Shown piece by piece: positions 1 through 9,025 of a stretch of 50,774 nt of DNA. Location of the stretch: the NCBI GenBank assembly GCA_964587735.1, contig CAZPMB010000003.1, positions 1 to 50,774 of the forward strand, in the 5' to 3' direction. Origin of the DNA: an uncultured Candidatus Bathyarchaeia archaeon (GTDB taxonomy: Archaea; Thermoproteota; Bathyarchaeia; TCS64). A model generated the notes under the pieces. That model had not been told where the DNA came from, searched no databases, and saw only the letters and a program-made list of their open reading frames with translations. A program made the position numbers and the translations under genes. Every line of letters starts with the position of its first letter. Position 1 is the first letter of the stretch.

Positions 1-498
1 GTCTAGGGGCTCTAGGTATACCTGCCCTCGGTTGCCGACGTTGATCTCAACCTCCCCCCTCCGTTCCCTGGTGTAGCCGTGCAGTATCCTGACTATCTTT
101 CCCGGCGTGATCTTGCTCGCGACAACCTGGTCGGCCCTCTCGTCCCAGAAAACGGCCGTGGCGGAGCCCGTCGAGTCGCCGATGAGCATCCTAAGGACCT
201 TTCCCTCCCGCCCATCGAGCCTAGTGAAGGCGCTCGCGGGGAAGACGTGGAGGACACGGCCCGTAAGAGAAACGTCGCCCAACCCCGATGTGAGGCCCCC
301 GATCCTGAGCTTCGCCTCTATTCGCTCCCCGGCGCCGTCGAGCCCGAGGTTCGACGCGACCATGTGGGCGGCGGCCTCCTCCGTGAGGAGCCCCGCGGCC
401 TTCGCCCGCTCCTCGTCGATGAGCCTCTCGACCGCATCCCTGGTTAGATTAGGCTTCAACGCTAGGATGCGCTTTACCACGTTCTCCAAACCGGACAC
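1..498 (-). CDS. rpa: Replication protein A / OB-fold ssDNA-binding protein, N-terminal part (runs off the left edge)
   Basis: Manual minus-strand translation from GTG at 498, open to base 1: VSGLENVVKRILALKPNLTRDAVERLIDEERAKAAGLLTEEAAAHMVASNLG...GDVSLTGRVLHVFPASAFTRLDGREGKVLRMLIGDSTGSATAVFWDERA...GKIVRILHGYTRERRGEVEINVGNRG. This is a typical archaeal RPA N-terminal helical domain plus OB fold. Absent from the ORF track because it has no stop in the window. Confidence 0.88.
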   Translation of the reverse strand, partial: MSGLENVVKRILALKPNLTRDAVERLIDEERAKAAGLLTEEAAAHMVASNLGLDGAGERIEAKLRIGGLTSGLGDVSLTGRVLHVFPASAFTRLDGREGKVLRMLIGDSTGSATAVFWDERADQVVASKITPGKIVRILHGYTRERRGEVEINVGNRGQVYLEPLD

Positions 499-543
499 AG
501 CGACCCCTACTCTATTGTGCGATTCCTGATAAAAATGGCTTCT

Positions 544-657
544 CTAAGCCTCTTCTTCTCCAGATGTGAATAGGTAGAGGAACCCCATTCCGAGCGTGAT
601 GACCGCAAGGAAGATCGCCATCTGGTATGCGAGGTTGAAGAAGCTGTCGAGGCTCAT
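544..657 (-). CDS. Putative 37-aa single-TM microprotein (MSLDSFFNLAYQMAIFLAVITLGMGFLYLFTSGEEEA)
   Basis: ATG at 657, TAG at 544-546. One hydrophobic helix with an acidic tail. TATA-like TTAAATAT about 25 nt upstream. Fills an otherwise empty gap. Confidence 0.6.
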   Translation of the reverse strand: MSLDSFFNLAYQMAIFLAVITLGMGFLYLFTSGEEEA

Positions 658-682
658 GTCGGAGATGATCTGACCAAGGCGG

Positions 683-690
683 ATATTTAA
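683..690 (-). promoter_or_regulatory. TATA box for the 37-aa ORF (leaderless spacing)
   Basis: Minus strand GCTTAAATATCC, 25 nt before the ATG at 657. Confidence 0.5.
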
Positions 691-711
691 GCTGTGGCCC
701 GGGCGTCGAGT

Positions 712-1134
712 TTACTCGTAGGCCTGCTTTTTCGATAGGCTGCGCCACTCTGCCATGAGCCTGTCATAGAACCTGTCCTCCTCGTGGACCTCATCGTACG
801 CCCCCATGGCCTCGGCCAGCCTCTGGCCTATGAGGTGGTAGCAGAGACCCGCCCTGCCATCCACGACCCTGAAGTAAAAGTCGTTGCAGTCGCAGTAGCC
901 CGACAGGGGAAGAACCTGGTACTCGCTCTCCCTGCCGACGACTATCCAGACCGTGCGGCCAGACGGCTCGAAAACGTAGCGCTTCACCCTGCGCTGCTCC
1001 ACGAGCTGCCAGCCCTTGCCGAACCTATCGCCCAGGGCGGATTTGAGCCTGTCCCACTGGGCGCGGGTCAGCTCCATCGAAGAGCGGAGCTCGTCGCAAA
1101 CCCCCTCCAAGACCCTCCGCTCCTCGGTGGGCAA
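712..1134 (-). CDS. SWIM zinc-finger protein, SWS1/ZSWIM7-like
   Basis: YCDCNDF...LCYHL is the SWIM CxC...CxH motif, preceded by PSGRTVWIVVG. 140 aa stand-alone SWIM protein. Confidence 0.8.
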   Translation of the reverse strand: MPTEERRVLEGVCDELRSSMELTRAQWDRLKSALGDRFGKGWQLVEQRRVKRYVFEPSGRTVWIVVGRESEYQVLPLSGYCDCNDFYFRVVDGRAGLCYHLIGQRLAEAMGAYDEVHEEDRFYDRLMAEWRSLSKKQAYE

Positions 1135-1246
1135 AGACGTCTCCCCAGGATAACTGGGGCAACTCGGTTAAACGAGTTTCGGGGATGCCTGAATGTTCGG
1201 TGTCGGGTTTAAAAGGCGCATCGCCTGAGGATCCATTGGGTCTCAG

Positions 1247-2080
1247 TTGATCAGGCTGCTCACGCCGTGGCCGGCGATGCTCGTCGAGGGGGATGAGAGG
1301 ATCCTGCTCGCCTCTGACTTCCACCTCGGCATAGAGTACGAGCTCGCGAAGATGGGCATAAACATCCCCTACCAAACGGAGCGGTTCCTGGGGGAGCTGC
1401 TAGGCCTCGTCAGAGAGCACTGTCCGGACAGGTTACTACTGCTCGGCGACGTCAAGCACGGCGTCCCCATCACATCGTTCCAGGAGCAACGGGAGATCCC
1501 CCGGTTCTTCTCAGCGTTGCAGGAGGAGGTGGACCGCATAGACGTTGTCCGGGGCAACCACGACGGCAACCTGCAGACAATCGTGCCCGAAGGAGTCAAC
1601 ATTCACCCTTCAGGGGGCCTGTTGCTGGGCGAGAAGCTTAAAGTCGCCGCGTTCCACGGCCACGCGTGGCCTTACCCCCGCCTCATGGGGGCTGACATCA
1701 TCGTAATGGGCCACAACCACCCGACTGTACAGTTGAGTACACCTCTTGGGGTGCGCATCACGGAGAGGGCGTGGGTTCGGGGCCGGTGCGATACAGCTAG
1801 GATTGCCGCGGCCTTCCTCGGGCAGGCCGGGGTTAAGAACGAGGGCGACCCAGTTAGAGCCTTCGAGGAGCGTTTCGAGTTGAAGGTCAACGACCCTCAG
1901 ATGGTGATCATGCCGACGTTCAACGACCTCATGGGCGGGTTACCGGTCAATGCAGAGGCGCCTAAGAGCCTCCTCGGCCCCATGTTCAGGTCCGGCACAG
2001 TCGAGGTTGATGGGTTCGACGTGTACCTCCTCGACGGCACCTTCCTAGGGCAGGTGAGCTTCCTGCGCTCGCTGGCCTAA
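1247..2080 (+). CDS. Calcineurin-like metallophosphoesterase (archaeal ICC-like type)
   Basis: Motifs SDFHLG, LLGDVKH, VRGNHD, FHGH, MGHNHP. Confidence 0.88.
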   Translation: MIRLLTPWPAMLVEGDERILLASDFHLGIEYELAKMGINIPYQTERFLGELLGLVREHCPDRLLLLGDVKHGVPITSFQEQREIPRFFSALQEEVDRIDVVRGNHDGNLQTIVPEGVNIHPSGGLLLGEKLKVAAFHGHAWPYPRLMGADIIVMGHNHPTVQLSTPLGVRITERAWVRGRCDTARIAAAFLGQAGVKNEGDPVRAFEERFELKVNDPQMVIMPTFNDLMGGLPVNAEAPKSLLGPMFRSGTVEVDGFDVYLLDGTFLGQVSFLRSLA

Positions 2081-2087
2081 AAATGGT

Positions 2088-3050
2088 TTAGGGCAGTTGA
2101 AGGGGCCTAAAGGCTTGACGCAGCTCCAACTCCGACAACACTTCATAGCAGAGGTGGCACCTGTTCACGTACCCATTCCTCCTGCCTAAACCCAACTGTT
2201 TGGCCAACCCCGAGGGGCCGACTGTCGACAAGGCCTTGAACAGGGGGAGATCCTCTGCTGCCTCAATCATTTTTACCAGCCTGCTCTCCCTCGCGTTCCC
2301 GAGCGTTATGCCCTCGATTCGACTCGACGCGGAGCAACACGGGAGAACCGACCCAGATGGTGTTATCCCAATATCGCGCAGGACGTCTCTGCAGGGCCCC
2401 TCCACCGAGTTCCTGCCGATCGACCACTCCTCTCTCTGAATCGTCGCACCCCGGCCAGCCGGGACGAAGCCCGTCTCTATCGCGAGGGCCTTGACAGGTG
2501 CTCTCGGCTTGGGGTGCCCGACAACTTGGATTCCATCGTCGTTAAGCATCTCCCTGATTTTCCCGATCCACAAGGTGCTCGACCTCGACCGGGCGCACAT
2601 GATGACGACCCTGAGCCCAAGGCTCGTCGCAGCCCCGTAGCAGTTGCGGATCCTTTCAAAGGGGATGTGGCGCTGGTGGAAGTCGTCTGCGCTGACGTTG
2701 ATCACGTCCAGTCCCACGTTGATTAGCTCCCCCAGGATGGCCGCTGCAACCTCCTCCGTCTCTGCCCAGAAGCAGTTCGTGACGCACTCGGTCCTTAATC
2801 CTCTTTCGGATGCATGCCGGACGAGGCGGATAAGCATGTCTTGGAGCAGGAATGGTTCTCCTCCCGTGAGGCTCAACCACTCTATAGTCGGAATCTCGCA
2901 TGCCTGTTCGATGTAGTCAAGGGCTTCGCTCATGGCCATGGTCGCCGTCCTTTCCGGGCCTGAGGAGAACCAGCAGTGGCTGCAGGCTATGTTGCACCGC
3001 TCCGTCAGGAGCAGCCCGACTCGAAAGGTTTCCACCAAACCTCGGACCAA
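2088..3050 (-). CDS. Radical SAM protein with C-terminal Cys-rich (SPASM/twitch-like) domain
   Basis: CNIACSHC (CxxxCxxC), LTGGEP, TNCFW, SADDFH. C-terminal C..ITPSGSVLPCC...CHLC. Confidence 0.9.
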   Translation of the reverse strand: MVRGLVETFRVGLLLTERCNIACSHCWFSSGPERTATMAMSEALDYIEQACEIPTIEWLSLTGGEPFLLQDMLIRLVRHASERGLRTECVTNCFWAETEEVAAAILGELINVGLDVINVSADDFHQRHIPFERIRNCYGAATSLGLRVVIMCARSRSSTLWIGKIREMLNDDGIQVVGHPKPRAPVKALAIETGFVPAGRGATIQREEWSIGRNSVEGPCRDVLRDIGITPSGSVLPCCSASSRIEGITLGNARESRLVKMIEAAEDLPLFKALSTVGPSGLAKQLGLGRRNGYVNRCHLCYEVLSELELRQAFRPLQLP

Positions 3051-3084
3051 CGTTCACGGTACAAAAATGGGGATTTGGATGGCC

Positions 3085-4893
3085 CTAGAGCGCATGCTCC
3101 ACCTTGGCTATCGTCTCCCTGATGAGCTCGTTCGCCCTGTAGAACCCGTCCTCGATGTAGTTTCTCTGCCTCAGCAGCTTGGTCTGGAGGAACTTGAACT
3201 CTGCGGATTGGGGTAGGGGTATCTCGGCGAGCTTCAGGATTCCGTGGATGCGGGGGAAGGGCGTCGCGCCGAAGAGGTCCATGGACATCTGCTCCGTCAT
3301 CTCCGCGTCGGAGTGGGCGATGGGGTTGATGTGCCTGGAGACCCACATCAGGCAGTGGTTCAGCTTCCCGAGCACGTCGTCTCTGGCTCCGGCCTCCAGG
3401 GCCCTCTTCACGATAGCCTCGAGTTCCTCGGCCAGCCCCCTGAACTCCCTCGCCCTCTCGATGACCTGTTGTATGTTGAAGTAAGCCTTGATCTTTTCAG
3501 ATTTTTTCTGCAGGTCCTCGAGGTTCTTCAGGATCGAATCGGCGTACGGGACGAAGTACAACGGCAGCACGGGGCAGTTGGTCATCCTCAAGACGTAGTT
3601 CAGGTTTACCTTCACGTCCGTCACGAGGATGTCGGCGTCCCCCTTGTCCAGCGTCTCGTACGGGGTGTGCCACCACCAGCCGCCTCCTGAGTAGTTCACG
3701 TAGGGGTCGTACAGCTCCTTGGGCCTGGCCGAGATGACGCTACCGTGGGAGAGGCCCGTGCCCCAGAAGCTGTGGTCCCCTGCCCTCGTCGGCCAACGAT
3801 AGCTATCCACGGTTATGCCCGTGACCGCCTTTATGCACTCGACCGAGAGATCCTGGATCTCGCCAACGGGTGCCCCCCTGTACGTGGTTGCGCCTTCGGT
3901 CCCAGGCGAGTCGATGTTTAAAAAGCCGATGCAGTTGTACCGGAGGTCGTGCCAGAAGGCGTCGTTGTACCAGGTCGAGCCCGCGTAGCGCCCGATCTCG
4001 TGCCCCGTCCAGAACGCGAACCTGATGCTCCTGCCGAGCTTATCCCTGTGTCGGTTGATGACCCGAGCCAGCTCGAGCATCGCGACGTTTCCCGAGACGT
4101 TGTCGACGACCCCGGGAGAGAAAGGCGGGGTGTCGACGTGGCCGTTCAAGAGGAGGAACCTCTCCGGCTCACTCACACCCCTAATCTCAGCAACGAGCAG
4201 GGGGAGCCTCTTCCAGCCCGTCTCGACGACGGAGGTGAGCCTGGCCTTGACCCCGCCGCGCCCGACGACGCCCTTCAGCATCTCCCCGTCTCTGTTCGAG
4301 ACGTGGACGATGGCGGGGATCCTCTGGATGAGGTCGACGTTGTCCGACGTCGGGTTCCCGGAGACCGAGAAGTCGGCCCTCTGGTGCATCACTGTGGGCA
4401 TGTACCTGTCCTGCTCGACGACGATCAGCCCCATCACTCCTATCTCCTGGAGCCTGAGCAGAAGGGCGCCCTGGAGCCCCATCCAGTCGGCGGAGGTCTC
4501 CTGCTCCGCCAGCACTATCTTGCCGCGGCACTCGGCCCTCCCGATGTGCTCAGGATCGATGTAGACGACCTCCCCCTCGACGCCCTCAGGCCCCGTTGAG
4601 CCAACCTGTCTGTAGGGTGTACACTGGATCTCGAGCTTCTCCGGCGAGAGGACCTCCAGCCTCGAATACTTCGGCACGCTTATGTAGGCGTCGTATCGGA
4701 GAACCTTCACCTCGAGGCCGTACTCCTCCAGCCTAGACCTCAGGTACTCGACGTACTCCTCCTCCTGGGGGCTCCCGGAGGGGCTCGGCGTGATCTCCAT
4801 GAGGCGTCGCCAGTTCTTCTGAATGATCTGCTTTGAGATCTCTGACTCCATCCGATCTAGAATGCCCCTATCCTCTTCTTTCAGCCAGATCAT
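3085..4893 (-). CDS. M28-family peptidase with PA domain
   Basis: NGHVDT, GVVDNVSG, WTGHE, NIDSPG, WWHTPYET metal-ligand pattern, with a PA-like insert. Confidence 0.85.
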   Translation of the reverse strand: MIWLKEEDRGILDRMESEISKQIIQKNWRRLMEITPSPSGSPQEEEYVEYLRSRLEEYGLEVKVLRYDAYISVPKYSRLEVLSPEKLEIQCTPYRQVGSTGPEGVEGEVVYIDPEHIGRAECRGKIVLAEQETSADWMGLQGALLLRLQEIGVMGLIVVEQDRYMPTVMHQRADFSVSGNPTSDNVDLIQRIPAIVHVSNRDGEMLKGVVGRGGVKARLTSVVETGWKRLPLLVAEIRGVSEPERFLLLNGHVDTPPFSPGVVDNVSGNVAMLELARVINRHRDKLGRSIRFAFWTGHEIGRYAGSTWYNDAFWHDLRYNCIGFLNIDSPGTEGATTYRGAPVGEIQDLSVECIKAVTGITVDSYRWPTRAGDHSFWGTGLSHGSVISARPKELYDPYVNYSGGGWWWHTPYETLDKGDADILVTDVKVNLNYVLRMTNCPVLPLYFVPYADSILKNLEDLQKKSEKIKAYFNIQQVIERAREFRGLAEELEAIVKRALEAGARDDVLGKLNHCLMWVSRHINPIAHSDAEMTEQMSMDLFGATPFPRIHGILKLAEIPLPQSAEFKFLQTKLLRQRNYIEDGFYRANELIRETIAKVEHAL

Positions 4894-4977
4894 AAAGCCT
4901 CAAGGAGAATGTTGGGCGATAATGGTTTAACGGTTGCGGGGGCGCGCAAGGGCCCACAACAACTCGCTGGAAAGACT

Positions 4978-5056
4978 TGGTGGGGCCGCCCGGATTTGAA
5001 CCGGGGATCTCGCGGGCCCGAGCCGCGTATCTTAGACCAAGCTGGACGACGACCCC
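4978..5056 (-). tRNA. tRNA-Pro (anticodon CGG), intronless, CCA encoded
   Basis: GGGGTCG acceptor / CGGCCCC-A-CCA. Anticodon arm CGCGG-CTCGGGC-CCGCG. T-arm CCCGG-TTCAAAT-CCGGG. Confidence 0.97.
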
Positions 5057-5102
5057 TCAAGCAGATAAGAACCCGGGTGAAGCGGCTAAAAAAGCTATCC
5101 GG

Positions 5103-6155
5103 CTACTCCTCCCGGATAACGCCCTGGACGGTCATGTTCAGCACGACCTCTGCGATGTCCGCTCCATACTCCGCCGTCCTGATGATGCTCTCGAGGATCA
5201 GCCTCAGCGCCGGGACGTCCTCCGGCGATGCGTTCTTGATTATCTTCTGCACGACCCCGGCCTCCATCGCCCTGGTCTCGATGGCCCTCTCCAGCACTCC
5301 GTCCGCGTTGGAGTAGTCCTCCTCGAAGAGGGCCTCGACGGCGCCCTCGAAGACCCCGAGCGCGGACTCGCTCAGGCTCCTGAGCTCGTCCAGCACCTCG
5401 TCGTTCAGGTTAGCCATTGTAAGCGTCAGGCTGTTGGTCGCGATCTTGACCGCATGATCCGCCATCCTCTCCACGGACTTCGTGATCAGCCTGTACCCGA
5501 GGCACTCTCTCGGAGACCTCAGCCCGCTCTCCCTCAGCACAACCCCGTCGACGACGGCCACCTTCAGCAGCCTGATGATGTAGAAGCTGAAACGGTCCAC
5601 CTCGTCGTCCATCGAGATGATCTCCCGGGCCAGGCGCGCGTCGTCCGAGCCGATGGTGCCGATGGCCTCCCTGTGCATCGAGGCGGCGATCACCCCCATC
5701 CTCCTGAGCGCGTCCTTCACCGACAGATCCGAGTAGCTGAGCAGGACCTGGAGAGTGACCTCCTGAGGGAGGTCGGAGAGTATCTCGGTCCCCATGAGCT
5801 TCTTCCTGGTGAAGTCCTTGACGGCGAACCTGTGCTCGGAGCCCATCCTGCTCCCGGGTGCCCTCACGTGGATGATGTTATACCCCAGCAGGTAAGAGGA
5901 GACGACGCGGCGGATCACGCTCTCAGGGTTGTCTTCTCCCGAGACTGTGACGATGGCCCTCCTCGGCCTCTCCGCCCTCTCCGCCCCAATGGGCTGGATC
6001 TGGAGGGAAAGGTCATTCGCCCTGGTTATGCTCACCAAACTACCCCGCTCGAGCCCTAGCTGCTGCACCCAGCTCTTGGGAAGGGATACGATGTAGGTCG
6101 ACCCGCCCGTGAGCTGGATCTTCCTCATCTCCTCTCCGGGGGCACCGCCGCTCAT
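5103..6155 (-). CDS. phoU: Phosphate uptake regulator, AbrB/SpoVT N-terminal domain plus PhoU repeats
   Basis: RKIQLTGGSTYIVSLPKSWV (AbrB-like). DDEVDRF and ERMADHA, IRTAEYGADIAE (PhoU repeats). Start moved to ATG 6155 because the track start lies in the AT-rich promoter. Confidence 0.88.
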   Translation of the reverse strand: MSGGAPGEEMRKIQLTGGSTYIVSLPKSWVQQLGLERGSLVSITRANDLSLQIQPIGAERAERPRRAIVTVSGEDNPESVIRRVVSSYLLGYNIIHVRAPGSRMGSEHRFAVKDFTRKKLMGTEILSDLPQEVTLQVLLSYSDLSVKDALRRMGVIAASMHREAIGTIGSDDARLAREIISMDDEVDRFSFYIIRLLKVAVVDGVVLRESGLRSPRECLGYRLITKSVERMADHAVKIATNSLTLTMANLNDEVLDELRSLSESALGVFEGAVEALFEEDYSNADGVLERAIETRAMEAGVVQKIIKNASPEDVPALRLILESIIRTAEYGADIAEVVLNMTVQGVIREE

Positions 6156-6159
6156 AACA

Positions 6160-6310
6160 ATCGAGGTTATATAATATATGGTGATATACATATCTTTATC
6201 GAAAAGTTTTATATAAAATAGTCAATTGATAAAAACTAAATAAAATATATAATTATAAATTGTCCTAAAAATCGATTATTATTCTTTGTTTCTATTAAAA
6301 ATGTAAAATT
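6160..6310. promoter_or_regulatory. Extremely AT-rich control region with palindromic TATA (TTTTATATAAAA, 6207-6218)
   Basis: Hand count: 11/60 G+C in 6181-6240 and 8/60 in 6241-6300. Perfect 12-bp palindrome upstream of phoU. Confidence 0.6.
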
Positions 6311-6558
6311 GAGCATAAGGCATCGATGGCTATTCCTTCAATGATTATCTGGTCATGGGTTTGGCTGTAAACTTCGGTAAATTCACCTCCGAGTCGCTCA
6401 CAATAGGCACAAGCAGAGAGATCAACTGGTGGCTTCGATGACCCCAGTTATAGTTCTCAAAGTGTTAGAGGGATAGGAGAAATAGGATTTAAGGGACTGA
6501 CTCCGATCCTTCCTTGAATTTGGTCATGGTGAAAAAGCACTCCCCAGAAAGGCTGAGG

Positions 6559-6999
6559 ATGAGCTCGGAGGTGGTCTCCGACTATCTCTCCTCGGTCGTC
6601 GATGGTGCCCCGGCATTCGCAAAGCATGGGGCGTCGTACAGGCTGAAGAAGGACGCTGTTGAGGGCATCAGAAAATATGCCGACAGGGCCTTTGTCGTGG
6701 TCTTCTCCGCCGAATGGTGCCCAGACTGCCACAGGAACGTCCCCGTGCTTGGGCTCATTGCCGATGAGACGGGGTTGGAGGTCAGGGTCTTTGGGCACCT
6801 GATGAGGGATCCGAAGGGCAGCAAGGGGATTTGGAAGATACCCCCCTCGCCCCCCGAGGTCAAGGAGTTCGAGGTGACGAGGATACCGCTTATGATCGTC
6901 CTCAACAGCGCCGGGGAAAAGGTGGGGGAGGTCGTTGAGAACCCGCCCGAGGGCAAGACCCTGGAAGAGGCAATCCTCGAGATCCTCATGAAGGCTTAG
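6559..6999 (+). CDS. Thioredoxin-family protein
   Basis: FSAEWCPDC and VTRIP (cis-Pro) motifs. ATG 6559 preferred over the TTG at 6514. Confidence 0.88.
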   Translation: MSSEVVSDYLSSVVDGAPAFAKHGASYRLKKDAVEGIRKYADRAFVVVFSAEWCPDCHRNVPVLGLIADETGLEVRVFGHLMRDPKGSKGIWKIPPSPPEVKEFEVTRIPLMIVLNSAGEKVGEVVENPPEGKTLEEAILEILMKA

Positions 7000-7088
7000 A
7001 TCCCCCTAGTGGAGGGCTGGGACGCCCATTCCCGGTCGGAGCCGATGCGGGTATATCTTAAAATAGAGATGCCCTCGCGGATTCAGGG

Positions 7089-7658
7089 GTGGTTCCGTTG
7101 AGGGAGGGTGCCTTCATCAGAGGCTTCAAGGCCAAGGACGGGAGGGATGTCGTGCTCAGGGCGCCGCGCTGGTCTGACCTCGACGACATGCTCGGGTTCA
7201 TCAACTCCCTCGTCGAGGAGGGGGCGGAGATAGCCGTCGACACCAGGAAGACCCGGGAGGAGGAGGTCGACTGGCTTGCGAGGCTGCTCTCCTCGGTGGA
7301 GAAGGAAAGGCAGGTGGCGGTGGTGGCCGAGGTGGACGGAAGGTTCGTCGGCATAGTCGAGGTTGGTCCGAGGGGCGGCCGATCAAGGCACGTGGGAAAC
7401 CTTGGGATCTCGATCATGGACGGCTTCCGAGACGTCGGCATAGGGACCGAGCTGATGAGGGAGGGCGAGGCTCAGGCGAAGAAACTAGGGATAAAGGTAA
7501 TCTTCCTAGAGGTCTACGCCACGAACGAAAGGGCCCGCCACATGTACGGGAAAGTGGGGTACACGGAGGTTGGCTGCTTGCCAAAGGCGAACACACGCGA
7601 CGGTGAGTACATCGACAGCATCATGATGGCGAAGGAGATTACCCCGTTACCCAAATGA
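7089..7658 (+). CDS. GNAT-family N-acetyltransferase
   Basis: LGISIMDGFRDVGIGTELM (acetyl-CoA motif A), NERARHMYGKVGY. Confidence 0.9.
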   Translation: MVPLREGAFIRGFKAKDGRDVVLRAPRWSDLDDMLGFINSLVEEGAEIAVDTRKTREEEVDWLARLLSSVEKERQVAVVAEVDGRFVGIVEVGPRGGRSRHVGNLGISIMDGFRDVGIGTELMREGEAQAKKLGIKVIFLEVYATNERARHMYGKVGYTEVGCLPKANTRDGEYIDSIMMAKEITPLPK

Positions 7659-7888
7659 TCCAGTTTTCGGGAGGATAAGCTTTTAAAAAGGGTTTCAATC
7701 ATATCTGATACGCCTAGGAGGCATGAGTGTGTATCACTCGGACTGGAAAGAGGCATCCTCCTGACGGAGGAAAAGAACCCAGTTAGTTTTAGCAAGGAAA
7801 AGACCCGCCTCCCGGAAAGGATTTTGAGACCCTTATACGACCAAACAGAGTCAACAGGGTACGCCGGGATCCGGGGTCTGGAGAGGCG

Positions 7889-9025
7889 ATGAAAATGGCA
7901 GAACCCAAGGAGAGGCATGAGATGGTCGTGACGCCCTGGAAGGTGGAGGGCGAGGTCGACTACGAGAGGCTCGTGGAGCAGTTCGGAACCAAGCCTATAA
8001 CTCGGGAGCTCCGAGAAAGGCTCACGAAGCATGCTGGTTACATGCATGCCCAGCTGAGGAGGGGGATATTCTTCTCCCACCGGGACTTGGATTGGTGGCT
8101 GGACGCCTACGAGGGTGGAGAACCTGTGGGGTTGTACACCGGCCGAGGCCCCTCTGGCCCGGTCCACTTGGGTCACCTGCTGCCGTGGTTCTTCACGAGG
8201 TACCTTCAGGACGCCTTCGGAGCGGAGTTGTACTTCCAGATGACGGACGACGAGAAGTTCGTCCTCAACCAAGAGCTGACCCTGGAGGAGACGAACGCCT
8301 ACACCTACGAGAACGCCCTGGACCTGATAGCGGTGGGATTCGATCCCGAGAAGACCCACATCATCTCCGACGTGGACAACATCGGCCTTCTGTACAGGAC
8401 GGCGCTTCAGGTGGCTAAGAGAGTTACATACTCGACCATCAAGGCCGTCTTCGGGCTGACAGACAGCGACAACATAGGCATAATATTTTTCCCCGCCGTA
8501 CAGGCCGTTCCGTGCTTCCTGCAGTCCATAAGGGAGAACAGGAAGGTTGCCGTGCTCATACCCGCGGCCATCGACCAGGACCCCTACTGGAGGATGACCA
8601 GGGACATAGCCGAGAAGATGGGCTTCTACAAGCCCGCGCAGATGCACGCAAAGTTCCTGCCCGGCCTGGGGAAGGAGGGTAAGATGTCGGCGTCGATGCC
8701 CGAGACGGCCGTATTCACAATCGACCCGCCCAATCTGGCGGAGAAGAAGATTATGGGTGCATTCACGGGCGGCCGGCCGACAATAAAGGAGCAGAGGGAG
8801 AGGGGGGGCGACCCCTCGGTCTGCGGCATATACGCCTACTACTTCTTCCTCTTCGAGGACGACGACGGGAAGATGATCAGGCTGGAGAACGATTGCAGGT
8901 CAGGCTCCGTGATCTGCGGGGACTGTAAGGCGCGGCTGGCGAGGGTGATTAGCCGTTTCCTCGTCGACTTCCAGAAGAAGCGGGAGAGGGCACGGGACGT
9001 GCTCGAAGATTTCCTCATAAAATGA
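7889..9025 (+). CDS. trpS: Tryptophanyl-tRNA synthetase (archaeal/eukaryal type)
   Basis: VVTPW, YTGRGPSGPVHLGH (HIGH-like), AIDQDPYW, KMSAS, AFTGG. Confidence 0.97.
   Translation: MKMAEPKERHEMVVTPWKVEGEVDYERLVEQFGTKPITRELRERLTKHAGYMHAQLRRGIFFSHRDLDWWLDAYEGGEPVGLYTGRGPSGPVHLGHLLPWFFTRYLQDAFGAELYFQMTDDEKFVLNQELTLEETNAYTYENALDLIAVGFDPEKTHIISDVDNIGLLYRTALQVAKRVTYSTIKAVFGLTDSDNIGIIFFPAVQAVPCFLQSIRENRKVAVLIPAAIDQDPYWRMTRDIAEKMGFYKPAQMHAKFLPGLGKEGKMSASMPETAVFTIDPPNLAEKKIMGAFTGGRPTIKEQRERGGDPSVCGIYAYYFFLFEDDDGKMIRLENDCRSGSVICGDCKARLARVISRFLVDFQKKRERARDVLEDFLIK

Noticed and set aside
79-529. Plus-strand ORFs 79-447 and 107-529
   Set aside because: Antisense shadows of the RPA gene.
512-748. 78-aa minus-strand ORF in the track
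   Set aside because: No protein-like pattern. The 37-aa TM ORF in another frame has the better promoter and composition.
3085-5056. tRNA-Pro as an integration site for an island
   Set aside because: No integrase, no duplicated tRNA 3' end seen, and flanking genes have host-like GC.
6160-6310. AT-rich tract as a replication origin
   Set aside because: No ORB/G-string repeats and no cdc6/orc1 gene in the window.
6295-6447. Minus-strand frame containing CAYC (…CAYCERLGGEFTEVY…)
   Set aside because: No proper start codon and no recognisable family.
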